Assembly: GCA_903858325.1 (NCBI GenBank)
Contig: CAIOIJ010000049.1
Coordinates: 1 to 58,002, forward strand
Direction: 5' to 3'
From: an uncultured Actinomycetes bacterium
GTDB taxonomy: Bacteria > Actinomycetota > Actinomycetes > Nanopelagicales > Nanopelagicaceae
DNA: 58,002 nt
The notes below the pieces were generated by a model. The model was not told where the DNA came from. It did no database searches and saw only the letters and a list, made by a program, of their open reading frames with translations. Position numbers and translations under genes: made by a program. Below, piece after piece: positions 19,024 to 27,919 of this stretch; the first letter of the stretch is position 1, and every line of letters begins with the position of its first letter.

Positions 19024-19476
19024 TTATTCGTGCAACTCACTCAGTATTATCTTCGTCATACTTCGCATTGCATTCCATGCATACGCAGATTTTACGGGAT
19101 CGGGATTCTGCAAGTGATCACGCATTTGAATTGGATTTATTTGCCATGAAACGCCAAATTTATCCTTGCACCAACCGCATTGACCAGCGCTTCCATCTTT
19201 AGTTACTGCATCCCACAAACGATCTACTTCGTCTTGACCATCACATGAGATAGATAACGAAATTGAATCGTTGAATACGGGGCCGCCTGGCCAACCCATC
19301 CCGATAAATTCGTGACCAAATATTGAGAAATCTGCCGTCATTAACTTTCCATCTTCTTCAGGGCGTCCCGAAGAGTGCACGAGAACATCTCTGAAAGTTT
19401 CTTTATAAAAATCTAGCGCCTCTTCGAGGGTTTCGTTGAACCAAAGAAATGTTTTGAGTGTTGATTTCTGCGTCAT
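19024..19476 (-). CDS. VOC family protein (PhnB / 3-demethylubiquinone-9 3-methyltransferase-like)
   Basis: TFLWF, FNDSIS, QDEVDRLWD, QCGWCKDKFGVSWQI. Confidence 0.88.
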   Translation of the reverse strand: MTQKSTLKTFLWFNETLEEALDFYKETFRDVLVHSSGRPEEDGKLMTADFSIFGHEFIGMGWPGGPVFNDSISLSISCDGQDEVDRLWDAVTKDGSAGQCGWCKDKFGVSWQINPIQMRDHLQNPDPVKSAYAWNAMRSMTKIILSELHE

Positions 19477-19488
19477 GCCCGCATTCTA

Positions 19489-20862
19489 CTAGAGCGGCGA
19501 AAAGGTCGATGTGAAGTGGCGCAGTGCGGCAGGTTCGTGCGATATTCGATAGCCACGCAAATTTTTCGCGTTCTTCACAACTTCTAAACAGACCTCTATA
19601 ACATAATCAATATGGCTTTGCGTATACGTGCGACGAGGAATAGCTAAGCGCACCAATTCCATTGCGGCTGGGACTTCACTGCCATCTGGTTTACGACCAA
19701 ACATCACAGTTCCAATTTCGCAGCCACGAATCCCACCGACTTTGTAGAGTTCAATTGCAAGTGATTGACCGGGGTAATTCAATGGATCAATATGTGGCAA
19801 GAGCGCTTTCGCATCAATGTAGACGGCATGTCCACCAATTGGTAGAACACATGGCATTCCACCTTTGACTAATGCATTCCCGAGATATGCCGTGGACTGA
19901 ATTCGATATTTCAAATAATCATGCGATACGACTTCAGTAAGACCTACAGCGAGTGCTTCTAAATCTCGTCCCGCTAATCCGCCATACGTTGGAAATCCTT
20001 CAGTGAGAATCAATAGGTTTCGACAGATTTCGGCGAGTGCATCATCATTGAGAGCGAGCCAGCCACCGATATTTCCAAGTGGATCTTTCTTTGCGCTCAT
20101 AGTCATGCCATCGGCTAAGCCCGCAATTTCACGAACGATCTCCACGACATCACGTTGGGATTGTCCCGCTTCTCGTTCGCGTATGAACCAAGCATTTTCT
20201 GCAAAACGACAAGCATCTAGAAAAAATGGAAGTGAATACTTCTTACAAATTGCACTTACGCCCTTGAGGTTTTCTAATGAGACAGGTTGACCACCACCAG
20301 AATTGTTTGTAATTGTCATCATCACTAAAGGAATGTTTTCAACACCTGTAGAAAGAATGAATTTTTCTAGTGCGGCCAAATCCATATTTCCTTTGAAAGG
20401 ATGCAGGCTGGATGGATCTTTACCTTCAGGAATTACTAAGTCGACAGCTTCGGCTCCGCTATATTCGATATTAGCTCGCGTTGTATCAAAATGAGTATTA
20501 CTCGGTATGGATTTACCTGCTCCCCCAATTGCAGTAAACAGGATTTTCTCAGCAGCTCTTCCTTGGTGTGTAGGAATAACATGTTTGTAGGGAAATAGAT
20601 TCTGCACTGCATCTTTGAATAACAACCACGATGGAGAACCAGCGTATGACTCGTCTCCGTGTTGAATTGCTGCCCATTGATTTCGGCTCATTGCGCCAGT
20701 ACCAGAATCCGTCAAAAGATCAATCAAAACATTATCTGAATGCAGTGAAAAGAGATTGAAACCTGCTTCTTCAATAAATCTATTTCGCTCTTTCTCTGTT
20801 GTCATAGCAATGGGTGCAACTGAATGGATTTTGAAAGGTTCGATAATTGTTTTGAATGTCAT
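19489..20862 (-). CDS. tnaA: Tryptophanase (tryptophan indole-lyase)
   Basis: IDLLTDSGT, HQGRAAE, FDTT, MSAKKD (PLP Lys), LRHFT; the Asp and His residues distinguish it from tyrosine phenol-lyase (FTTT / LRFFT). Confidence 0.9.
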   Translation of the reverse strand: MTFKTIIEPFKIHSVAPIAMTTEKERNRFIEEAGFNLFSLHSDNVLIDLLTDSGTGAMSRNQWAAIQHGDESYAGSPSWLLFKDAVQNLFPYKHVIPTHQGRAAEKILFTAIGGAGKSIPSNTHFDTTRANIEYSGAEAVDLVIPEGKDPSSLHPFKGNMDLAALEKFILSTGVENIPLVMMTITNNSGGGQPVSLENLKGVSAICKKYSLPFFLDACRFAENAWFIREREAGQSQRDVVEIVREIAGLADGMTMSAKKDPLGNIGGWLALNDDALAEICRNLLILTEGFPTYGGLAGRDLEALAVGLTEVVSHDYLKYRIQSTAYLGNALVKGGMPCVLPIGGHAVYIDAKALLPHIDPLNYPGQSLAIELYKVGGIRGCEIGTVMFGRKPDGSEVPAAMELVRLAIPRRTYTQSHIDYVIEVCLEVVKNAKNLRGYRISHEPAALRHFTSTFSPL

Positions 20863-20982
20863 ACATAAAGACTATGGAATATGTTTTTTCTATGACACAA
20901 ATTCAATTCATAATATTTTCTTTGAGTGCTACCCCTAGCAATAGAAAAAGTACTCGCAAGTACCGTTCCTAGAATTACTCTC

Positions 20983-22425
20983 ATGGAGAGAGAAGTTTAT
21001 CCGCGCATTATTCAAGGCGGAATGGGTATAGCTATTTCGTCGTGGAAGTTAGCGCGCGAAGTAGCAATGGCGGGAGAACTTGGAGTTGTCTCTGGAACTT
21101 CCATTGATGCAGTTATTACTAGACGACTTCAAGATGGTGATCTAGATGGCTCCGTGCGTAGAGCACTTTCGCATTTTCCTGACCAAGTGATAGCGGATGA
21201 AGTTCTCAAACGTTTTTATGTTGATGGTGGAATCGAACCGAGTGCAACGTATCTACCCGTTCCGAAACTAAGTTTGCATCCGAGCGATTTCGCTGCTCAG
21301 CTATTAGTGGTTTCAAATTTCGTAGAAGTGTGGTTAGCCAAAGAAAATCACGATGGTCTAATCGGAATCAATTTTCTTGAAAAGATTCAGTTGGCGACCC
21401 CTGCATCAATTTATGGCGCGCTGTTGGCAGATGTTGATTACATCCTCATGGGCGCTGGTATTCCTAGCGAAATTCCACGGATGATTCGTGACTTAGTAGA
21501 AAATCAGAAAACGGATATGCCAATTTCCGTTGAAAACGCAACTCAAAAATATCGATTACGTTTTGACCCAAAACTCATTTCCCGCTCGCAACCACACCAA
21601 TTGAAGAAACCGATATTTCTCGCAATTGTTTCCTCGCATATTCTCGCCGCGTATCTCAATAAAGATGATGCAACGCGTCCAGATGGATTTGTTATCGAAG
21701 GCACAAGCGCGGGAGGCCACAACGCACCACCTCGAGGAAAGACTCCTATTGGCCAAGATGGTCAATCCCTCTTTAGCGAAAAAGATGATGCCGATATCGA
21801 AAAAGTAAAAGCTATCGGATTGCCCTTTTGGCTTGCAGGTGGTTATTCAACTCCTGAAAAAGTCCTTGAAGCAATCGAAGCTGGCGCACAAGGCGCACAA
21901 GTTGGATCACTTTTTGCGCTATCGCAAGAATCGGGACTTCTTGATTCTCTGCGCACAGAAATTCTTGAAAAGATTAAAAATGATTCTTTGAATGTAATCA
22001 CCGACCCACTTGGTTCACCGACTTCTTTCCCATTTAAATATATAGAACTGAATCAAACTATTTCAGATCACGAACTCTTCGAAGAACGTCGCCGATTGTG
22101 CGATCTTGGATACTTGCGAACTGTCGTTGAAAAAGCCGATCACCGCATTGCCTACCGTTGCGCCGGCGAACCTGAAAAGACTTTCCTTTTCAAAGAGGGT
22201 GAACCTGGTGGAACACATGAAAAGAAATGTCTGTGCAATGCCCTCATGGCAAATATTGGAATGCCACAGCATCGAATTGATGGATATGAAGAATTGCCTC
22301 TCATCACTTTAGGTTCAGATCAAAAAGGAGAAAAAGAACTCCTCGGACAGTATCCCGAAGGATGGAGTGCGCGCGAAGCGCTGGGCTATTTAGTCAAGGA
22401 CTCGATAAAGGTCAACGAATTCTGA
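20983..22425 (+). CDS. Nitronate monooxygenase / FabK-like FMN enzyme with Cys-rich C-terminus
   Basis: IIQGGMG, MGAGIP, EGTSAGGHNAP, LAGG, QVGSLF; leaderless ATG 20983 after TAGAAT. Confidence 0.8.
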   Translation: MEREVYPRIIQGGMGIAISSWKLAREVAMAGELGVVSGTSIDAVITRRLQDGDLDGSVRRALSHFPDQVIADEVLKRFYVDGGIEPSATYLPVPKLSLHPSDFAAQLLVVSNFVEVWLAKENHDGLIGINFLEKIQLATPASIYGALLADVDYILMGAGIPSEIPRMIRDLVENQKTDMPISVENATQKYRLRFDPKLISRSQPHQLKKPIFLAIVSSHILAAYLNKDDATRPDGFVIEGTSAGGHNAPPRGKTPIGQDGQSLFSEKDDADIEKVKAIGLPFWLAGGYSTPEKVLEAIEAGAQGAQVGSLFALSQESGLLDSLRTEILEKIKNDSLNVITDPLGSPTSFPFKYIELNQTISDHELFEERRRLCDLGYLRTVVEKADHRIAYRCAGEPEKTFLFKEGEPGGTHEKKCLCNALMANIGMPQHRIDGYEELPLITLGSDQKGEKELLGQYPEGWSAREALGYLVKDSIKVNEF

Positions 22426-23156
22426 TAAATAAGATCTGCATCGTAATCAAGTGTTGCCACGTGATAACTATTGGTGAGTTCGATTCGATTCTTATTAGTT
22501 GATGCAATGCCCTTCATAATTATCTCTGTATTCGACACCGGCAAAGTGTGGTCATCAACGCTATGAAAAAGTTGTACAGGCAAAGTGATTTGACCCAGTT
22601 TCTCGCGTGTAATTTTGAGCATCTTCAGAAGTTCTACAACACCTAGCGCTGGAAGTGCGTCATATCCCCATTCGGTTATTCCAGGACGCTTAATGTCATC
22701 ACCAACTGACTTACGCATTTTTTGGAGTCTAGAAAGAACCCAGGCAAGCGGAACCGGAACTAAAGGAACATGAATCATGGGATTGACGAGAATAATTCCG
22801 CGCAACCGTGATCCATGTTTTTGCGCGACATGAAGTGTTGTTCCCCCGCCCATCGATAAACCGCAAATAAATATTGATTCACACTTTTGTGATAATTCAT
22901 CAAGTATTTCTTCAACACATGCTGGCCATTCCTGCCATTTCACTTTATTGAGATCACCAGGTTGTGTGCCATGGCCAGGCAATAATGGAACTCGAACTGT
23001 GTATCCATGGCCATTGAGGAATTCGGCCCAAGGTCGCATCGATGCTGGCGATCCCGTGAAACCATGAACGAGGATGATTCCTATTTTTTCATTTGTGCCA
23101 TTACCTTGTGCAGCAAAATATTCGAGTAATCCCGCTGGTGCGCCATGTGTGCTCAT
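22386..23156 (-). CDS. Carboxylesterase / monoacylglycerol lipase (alpha/beta hydrolase)
   Basis: HGFTGSP, LPGHGT, GLSMGG nucleophile elbow, DH, SYHVATLD. Confidence 0.9.
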   Translation of the reverse strand: MSTHGAPAGLLEYFAAQGNGTNEKIGIILVHGFTGSPASMRPWAEFLNGHGYTVRVPLLPGHGTQPGDLNKVKWQEWPACVEEILDELSQKCESIFICGLSMGGGTTLHVAQKHGSRLRGIILVNPMIHVPLVPVPLAWVLSRLQKMRKSVGDDIKRPGITEWGYDALPALGVVELLKMLKITREKLGQITLPVQLFHSVDDHTLPVSNTEIIMKGIASTNKNRIELTNSYHVATLDYDADLIYQNSLTFIESLTK

Positions 23157-23211
23157 GAGATAAAGGTACGCCTACCACCATTGTCAGTTCAATCACCTAC
23201 CATCTGTCTAT

Positions 23212-23871
23212 ATGAATGTTAGGAAAATTCTGCCGGACGAGGTCGAACGCTCACTGAGCCAGACAACTTTCGTGGTTCTAGATCTGGAAACGACTGGAGC
23301 ATCACCCAAGGTCGGCGCTGGAATTACAGAGATTGGCGCGCTCAAAGTACGCGGTGGTGAAATCATTGGAATCTTTCAAAGTTTTATCAATCCGCAAGAA
23401 TCAATTCCATCATTTATAACAACGCTTACTGGAATCACTGATGCAATGGTTTCTGGCGCTCCAACGATTGGTGAAGCCCTGCCAACTCTTTTTGAATTTT
23501 TGGGTCACGAAAAAGATACCGTCATCGTTGCCCATAATGCTCCCTTTGATTTAGGTTTTCTCAAAGCCGCTTCATCGACTCACGATTATTCATGGCCGCC
23601 ATATCAAGTCTTAGATACCGTCAAGCTAGCGCGACATTTACTCACTCGCGATGAAGTCAGTGATTGCCGACTTTCTACTCTCGCCAAATTCTTTGATACA
23701 CCTATTCAACCTTCACATCGCGCACTCGATGATGCACATTCCACGGTTGCGGTTCTGCACGCACTCATTGAAAGACTTGGCTCTTTTGAAGTCGATACCC
23801 TTGAAAAACTCTTTGCATTCATTGCCGATAAGAAAAAGCGATTACGGGAAAAACTGCCTCAAGAATTCTAG
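23212..23871 (+). CDS. DEDDh 3'-5' exonuclease (DnaQ-like)
   Basis: VLDLETTG, VAHNAPFD, HRALDDA. Confidence 0.9.
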   Translation: MNVRKILPDEVERSLSQTTFVVLDLETTGASPKVGAGITEIGALKVRGGEIIGIFQSFINPQESIPSFITTLTGITDAMVSGAPTIGEALPTLFEFLGHEKDTVIVAHNAPFDLGFLKAASSTHDYSWPPYQVLDTVKLARHLLTRDEVSDCRLSTLAKFFDTPIQPSHRALDDAHSTVAVLHALIERLGSFEVDTLEKLFAFIADKKKRLREKLPQEF

Positions 23872-24902
23872 GCAGATAGTTTCTGACTCAGTTCAGCCCA
23901 ACGCACGACTAATGCAGATGCAGCTCCAGAATCAATCGCAGCAATTGCTTTCTCTACGCCAATTTTCATTCGATCATGAAGTGATAATTCGAAATTGCCT
24001 AAGTAAGCCGCGATTGCCGCACCGGCATTGAGTACAACTGCATCACGTGGTGCACCTCGCTCCCCCGCAAATATTGCATGTGTAATTCGCGCGTTTTCTG
24101 CGCCATCGCCACCTACGAGCGCGCTTACTGGCGCACGATCAATTCCAAAATCCAATGGGTCCAGTAAGTCACTTGAAATACTTCCATTACCAAGAGTCAG
24201 CACCGACGTAGTAGTGGCTAGTGTTATTTCGTCGAGTCCATCATCGCCTCGGAATACAAAACCGTCGACGCCTCTGTCACCTAATACTTGCGCCATTACT
24301 AAATGCATTCGATCATTTGCAACACCTATTGCCGCCGCTTTTGGTTGCGCAGGATTAGCAAGTGGTCCCAAAATATTAAAAACTGTTGGCACGCCAAGTT
24401 CTTTGCGAGCAGGGGCGGCGAAGCGCATCGCTGGATGAAATTTTGGAGCAAAACAGAAACCGATGCCTAGCTCTGCAAAAGTTCTCTCAACTCCATGGCC
24501 GTCGAGTGCTATGAAAATTCCCAGCGCTTCGAGAAGATCAGCAGAACCAGATTTTGACGATGCTGCACGATTGCCATGTTTGAGAACTTTTGCACCTGCG
24601 GCCGCAGCGATAATTGCAGAAGTAGTTGAAATGTTGATCGTATGTGCGCCATCTCCACCAGTGCCAACAGTGTCTACAGCTCTTTCTGTAATTGAAATTG
24701 GCGCACTGTGCTGATACATCTGAGCAACTAATGCACCAACCTCTTCAGAAGTTTCGCCCTTAGCTTTGAGTGCAAGAAGAAATTCTTTGATTATTTCGAT
24801 ATCCGCACGATCTTCTAGTATTTCGCGCATGCACCACTGAACATCAACTGTTTCTAAATCAAGGCCACGGTTGAGGCGATCAATATGAGTACGCCAGCTC
24901 AT
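23868..24902 (-). CDS. trpD: Anthranilate phosphoribosyltransferase
   Basis: DTVGTGGDG, NISTT, KHGNRAASSKSGSAD, FNILGPLANP, DGLDE. Confidence 0.96.
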   Translation of the reverse strand: MSWRTHIDRLNRGLDLETVDVQWCMREILEDRADIEIIKEFLLALKAKGETSEEVGALVAQMYQHSAPISITERAVDTVGTGGDGAHTINISTTSAIIAAAAGAKVLKHGNRAASSKSGSADLLEALGIFIALDGHGVERTFAELGIGFCFAPKFHPAMRFAAPARKELGVPTVFNILGPLANPAQPKAAAIGVANDRMHLVMAQVLGDRGVDGFVFRGDDGLDEITLATTTSVLTLGNGSISSDLLDPLDFGIDRAPVSALVGGDGAENARITHAIFAGERGAPRDAVVLNAGAAIAAYLGNFELSLHDRMKIGVEKAIAAIDSGAASALVVRWAELSQKLSA

Positions 24903-24914
24903 CTCAAAAAGAAC

Positions 24915-25346
24915 TTACGCAGAAGTCAGAGTTGCGCCACGCAAAAGATTTGCTGCGGTATGCGCAAGAGTAAAGGGATCAATTGGATGCATGATTGATG
25001 CCTCTGCCATCGACCACGCAGCAAGCCACGCATCTTCTTTTCGGCCAGTGATTACTAATACCGGTGGGCATTCAAAAAGTTCATCCTTGAGTTGGCGTGC
25101 GATTCCCATTCCGCCTTCGGGAACTGCTTCGCCATCTAGGATAAATAGATCGACGTGATTATTTGCAGTTGCACCTTTGCGATCGATGAAAAGTCGAAGC
25201 GCTGCACCTGTTGCAAATTCAACAATCTCATGGGCAGGAAGGTCAGCTGCAACACGACTTCCAAGGGCACCAGTAATGGCTGCCCGCACTGAAGAATCGT
25301 CGGAATAAAGAAGGATTCGCAACGTGGAGCCAGCATTCAATGACAT
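24915..25346 (-). CDS. Stand-alone receiver-domain-like protein
   Basis: ILLYSDD, ILDGEAVPEGGMGIARQLKDE; conserved actinobacterial position between trpD and ctaE. Confidence 0.75.
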   Translation of the reverse strand: MSLNAGSTLRILLYSDDSSVRAAITGALGSRVAADLPAHEIVEFATGAALRLFIDRKGATANNHVDLFILDGEAVPEGGMGIARQLKDELFECPPVLVITGRKEDAWLAAWSMAEASIMHPIDPFTLAHTAANLLRGATLTSA

Positions 25347-25482
25347 GGCTCAAGTCTAATCTCGAAAGTTGAAAAGTCGGCACAATCGCGAGTGACCTGT
25401 TTCACCCATACAAGCCCGAAATCCTCTTCGCTTTTAGTGCCTGCGAGGAGACTCAGCGCGCCTTTTCGGGAATAATCGCCTC

Positions 25483-26112
25483 ATGTCATCGACCACAGCG
25501 CCAGACCATCACAAGATCACTCGTCCTAACGCAGTCGCTGTAGGAACAATTGTTTGGCTCTCGAGCGAACTCATGTTCTTTGCAGGGCTCTTTGCAATTT
25601 ACTTCACGACACGTGCGGTGCAAGGACCGAGTATCTGGATCAAATCAACTGACCTACTCAACATTCCTTTTGCTGCTCTCAATACAACTGTTCTGGTTTT
25701 ATCGTCAGTGACATGCCAATTCGGCGTCTTTGCTGCAGAGCGTTTTCAAAATAAGCGCACCGGTTCCTTTTTTCAAATAAATAAATGGGGAATGCGCGAA
25801 TGGTTTTCACTCACATTTCTTATGGGAGCATTCTTTATCGGCGGACAGATTTATGAGTATGCATCACTTGTAACTGAAAGCTTGACGCTTTCTTCCAATG
25901 CCTACGGTTCTGTTTTCTACATTGCAACTGGTTTCCACGGGCTTCACGTGACAGGTGGTCTCATCGCCTTCCTCATCGTGATGATTCGTGTTGCTAAAGC
26001 ACGCAGATTTACACACAAGCAAGCAACAACTGCAATCGTTGTTTCGTATTACTGGCACTTCGTCGACGTCGTGTGGATCGCACTCTTCTCTGCGATCTAC
26101 CTCATCAAGTGA
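25483..26112 (+). CDS. ctaE: Cytochrome c oxidase subunit III
   Basis: [30 protein letters not shown]. Confidence 0.96.
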   Translation: MSSTTAPDHHKITRPNAVAVGTIVWLSSELMFFAGLFAIYFTTRAVQGPSIWIKSTDLLNIPFAALNTTVLVLSSVTCQFGVFAAERFQNKRTGSFFQINKWGMREWFSLTFLMGAFFIGGQIYEYASLVTESLTLSSNAYGSVFYIATGFHGLHVTGGLIAFLIVMIRVAKARRFTHKQATTAIVVSYYWHFVDVVWIALFSAIYLIK

Positions 26113-26127
26113 TCTGAAAGGTACCTC

Positions 26128-26919
26128 GTGAAATATCTATCTCGATATCGCAGACATAAAGCAGTGGCTCCGCTACTTCTTTTATTTGCGCTATTTGCTA
26201 TCGGTACAACTTTCTCTGTAGCAAGTGCGACGACAACTCCGTCCCAAAGTGCTTTGTCACGATCTGCAGCAATTGATGAAGGTCGTCAACTATTTCTCAA
26301 AGGTTGCTCTTCATGTCACGGACTCAATGCTGAAGGAGGAGCAATTGCTCCATCTCTCATTGGTGTTGGTGCGGCATCAGTAGATTTTCAAGTAGGAACT
26401 GGCCGTATGCCAATGGCCGATATGAGCACACAAGCAATGCGTAAACCGCCGGTTTATGATGCAAATCAAGTAGCTGCATTAGCAGAATATGTTGCTTCAT
26501 TAGCGCCAGGGCCTGCGATTCCAACTGATGCAGTCTTGAATTACGAACGTGATGGAAGCACTGCTCAAGGTGGAGAACTTTTCCGCACTAACTGCGCAAT
26601 GTGCCACAACTTTGCAGCACAAGGTGGCGCGCTGACCCAAGGAAAATATGCACCAACTCTGATGGGCGTGCAACCAAAACAGATGTATGAAGCAATGATT
26701 ACTGGTCCGCAATCAATGCCAGTGTTTAGCGATAAAACAATTACTCCTGCTGAAAAACTTTCCATCATCAAATGGGTAAAGGCTGCAGAAGCAGAACCAG
26801 CACTAGGTGGAGCAGCTCTCGGACGCGTAGGCCCTGTAACAGAAGGTTTGCTTGTCTGGACTTTAGGAATTGGTCTACTCATCGGAGTAGCTGTATGGCT
26901 TGCAATGAAGGCGAGATAA
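26128..26919 (+). CDS. qcrC: Cytochrome bcc complex diheme cytochrome c subunit
   Basis: Two CxxCH motifs (CSSCH, CAMCH), FQVGTGRMP, TGPQSMP. Confidence 0.96.
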   Translation: MKYLSRYRRHKAVAPLLLLFALFAIGTTFSVASATTTPSQSALSRSAAIDEGRQLFLKGCSSCHGLNAEGGAIAPSLIGVGAASVDFQVGTGRMPMADMSTQAMRKPPVYDANQVAALAEYVASLAPGPAIPTDAVLNYERDGSTAQGGELFRTNCAMCHNFAAQGGALTQGKYAPTLMGVQPKQMYEAMITGPQSMPVFSDKTITPAEKLSIIKWVKAAEAEPALGGAALGRVGPVTEGLLVWTLGIGLLIGVAVWLAMKAR

Positions 26920-26923
26920 CTAC

Positions 26924-27919
26924 ATGTCACATGAAATAGAAGCAATCAAAGATCCTGGAGTTCCAGCGCACGTACATCGCCAAGCCGATTCCGATCCAAA
27001 GGCTGAAAAGAAAGCTGAGCGCCAAGTTGCGATCCTCTTTGGGCTATCTGCAGTTGGAACGCTTCTCTTTATTTATTCTTACATCTGGTTACCAGAAGAT
27101 GTATTTATTTACCTTCCTGTTCTCGGTACAACAAATGCAAAACAATTGTTCTTAGGCCTTGGCTTAGCACTCTCCCTGTTCTTTATTGGTGCTGGTGCAA
27201 TTCACTGGGCAAAGACTTTGATGCCCGATGAAGAAGTTATTGCAATGCGTCACGAGATGCGATCAGAGGATTCAGATCGCAAAGATTTCGTTGCATCAGC
27301 AAAAGAAGGTGCAGCTGCTGCAGGTCTTGGCCGCCGTTCACTCATCAAGCGCTCACTCGGTTTATCTCTTGGTTTAGTTGGACTATCACCGCTATTGCTA
27401 CTGCGTGACTTAGGTCCATTGCCTGGAAAAGATCTAGAAACAACGAGCTGGAAATCAGGTACTCGCTTAGTAACTGATCCAGGTGATCGACCAATCAAGC
27501 CATCAGATCTTGAAGTAGGTGCAGTTGCTCAAGTACTTCCAGCTCTAGCTCCAGGTGAAGAACGCACACTCAACAATATTGGAAAAGATGCAGTTCTTTT
27601 GATTCGTCTGCGTCCGGAAGAGTTCCAATTAGATGCAGAAAAACTTGCAATGACGCATGAAGGAATTATCGCCTTCTCTAAAATTTGTTCACATATGGGT
27701 TGCGCAGTTGCACTCTACGAACAACAGACAAAGCACCTTTTGTGCCCATGTCACCAATCAACATTTGATGTTCCGCGCGGAGCAAAAGTTATTTTTGGAC
27801 CTGCTGCACGCCCGCTTCCCCAATTAGCAATTAGCGTTGACCAAGAGGGATATCTCGTGGCTCAACGTCCATTTAGCGAACCTGTCGGACCTAGCTACTG
27901 GGAGAGAAACTCACAATGA
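26924..27919 (+). CDS. qcrA: Cytochrome bcc complex Rieske Fe-S subunit
   Basis: CSHMGC and CPCHQS, GPAARPLPQL; internal RR twin-arginine motif. Confidence 0.96.
   Translation: MSHEIEAIKDPGVPAHVHRQADSDPKAEKKAERQVAILFGLSAVGTLLFIYSYIWLPEDVFIYLPVLGTTNAKQLFLGLGLALSLFFIGAGAIHWAKTLMPDEEVIAMRHEMRSEDSDRKDFVASAKEGAAAAGLGRRSLIKRSLGLSLGLVGLSPLLLLRDLGPLPGKDLETTSWKSGTRLVTDPGDRPIKPSDLEVGAVAQVLPALAPGEERTLNNIGKDAVLLIRLRPEEFQLDAEKLAMTHEGIIAFSKICSHMGCAVALYEQQTKHLLCPCHQSTFDVPRGAKVIFGPAARPLPQLAISVDQEGYLVAQRPFSEPVGPSYWERNSQ

Noticed and set aside
19489-20862. Tyrosine phenol-lyase assignment
   Set aside because: The diagnostic residues (FDTT, SAKKD, RHFT) match tryptophanase.
20891-20912. TATGA-N12-TCATA inverted repeat between tnaA and the NMO-like gene
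   Set aside because: The arms are only 5 bp in AT-rich DNA and no regulator is nearby; chance is plausible.
5993-22425. Prophage or integrative element at tRNA-Val
   Set aside because: No integrase, phage gene or att duplication was found by eye.
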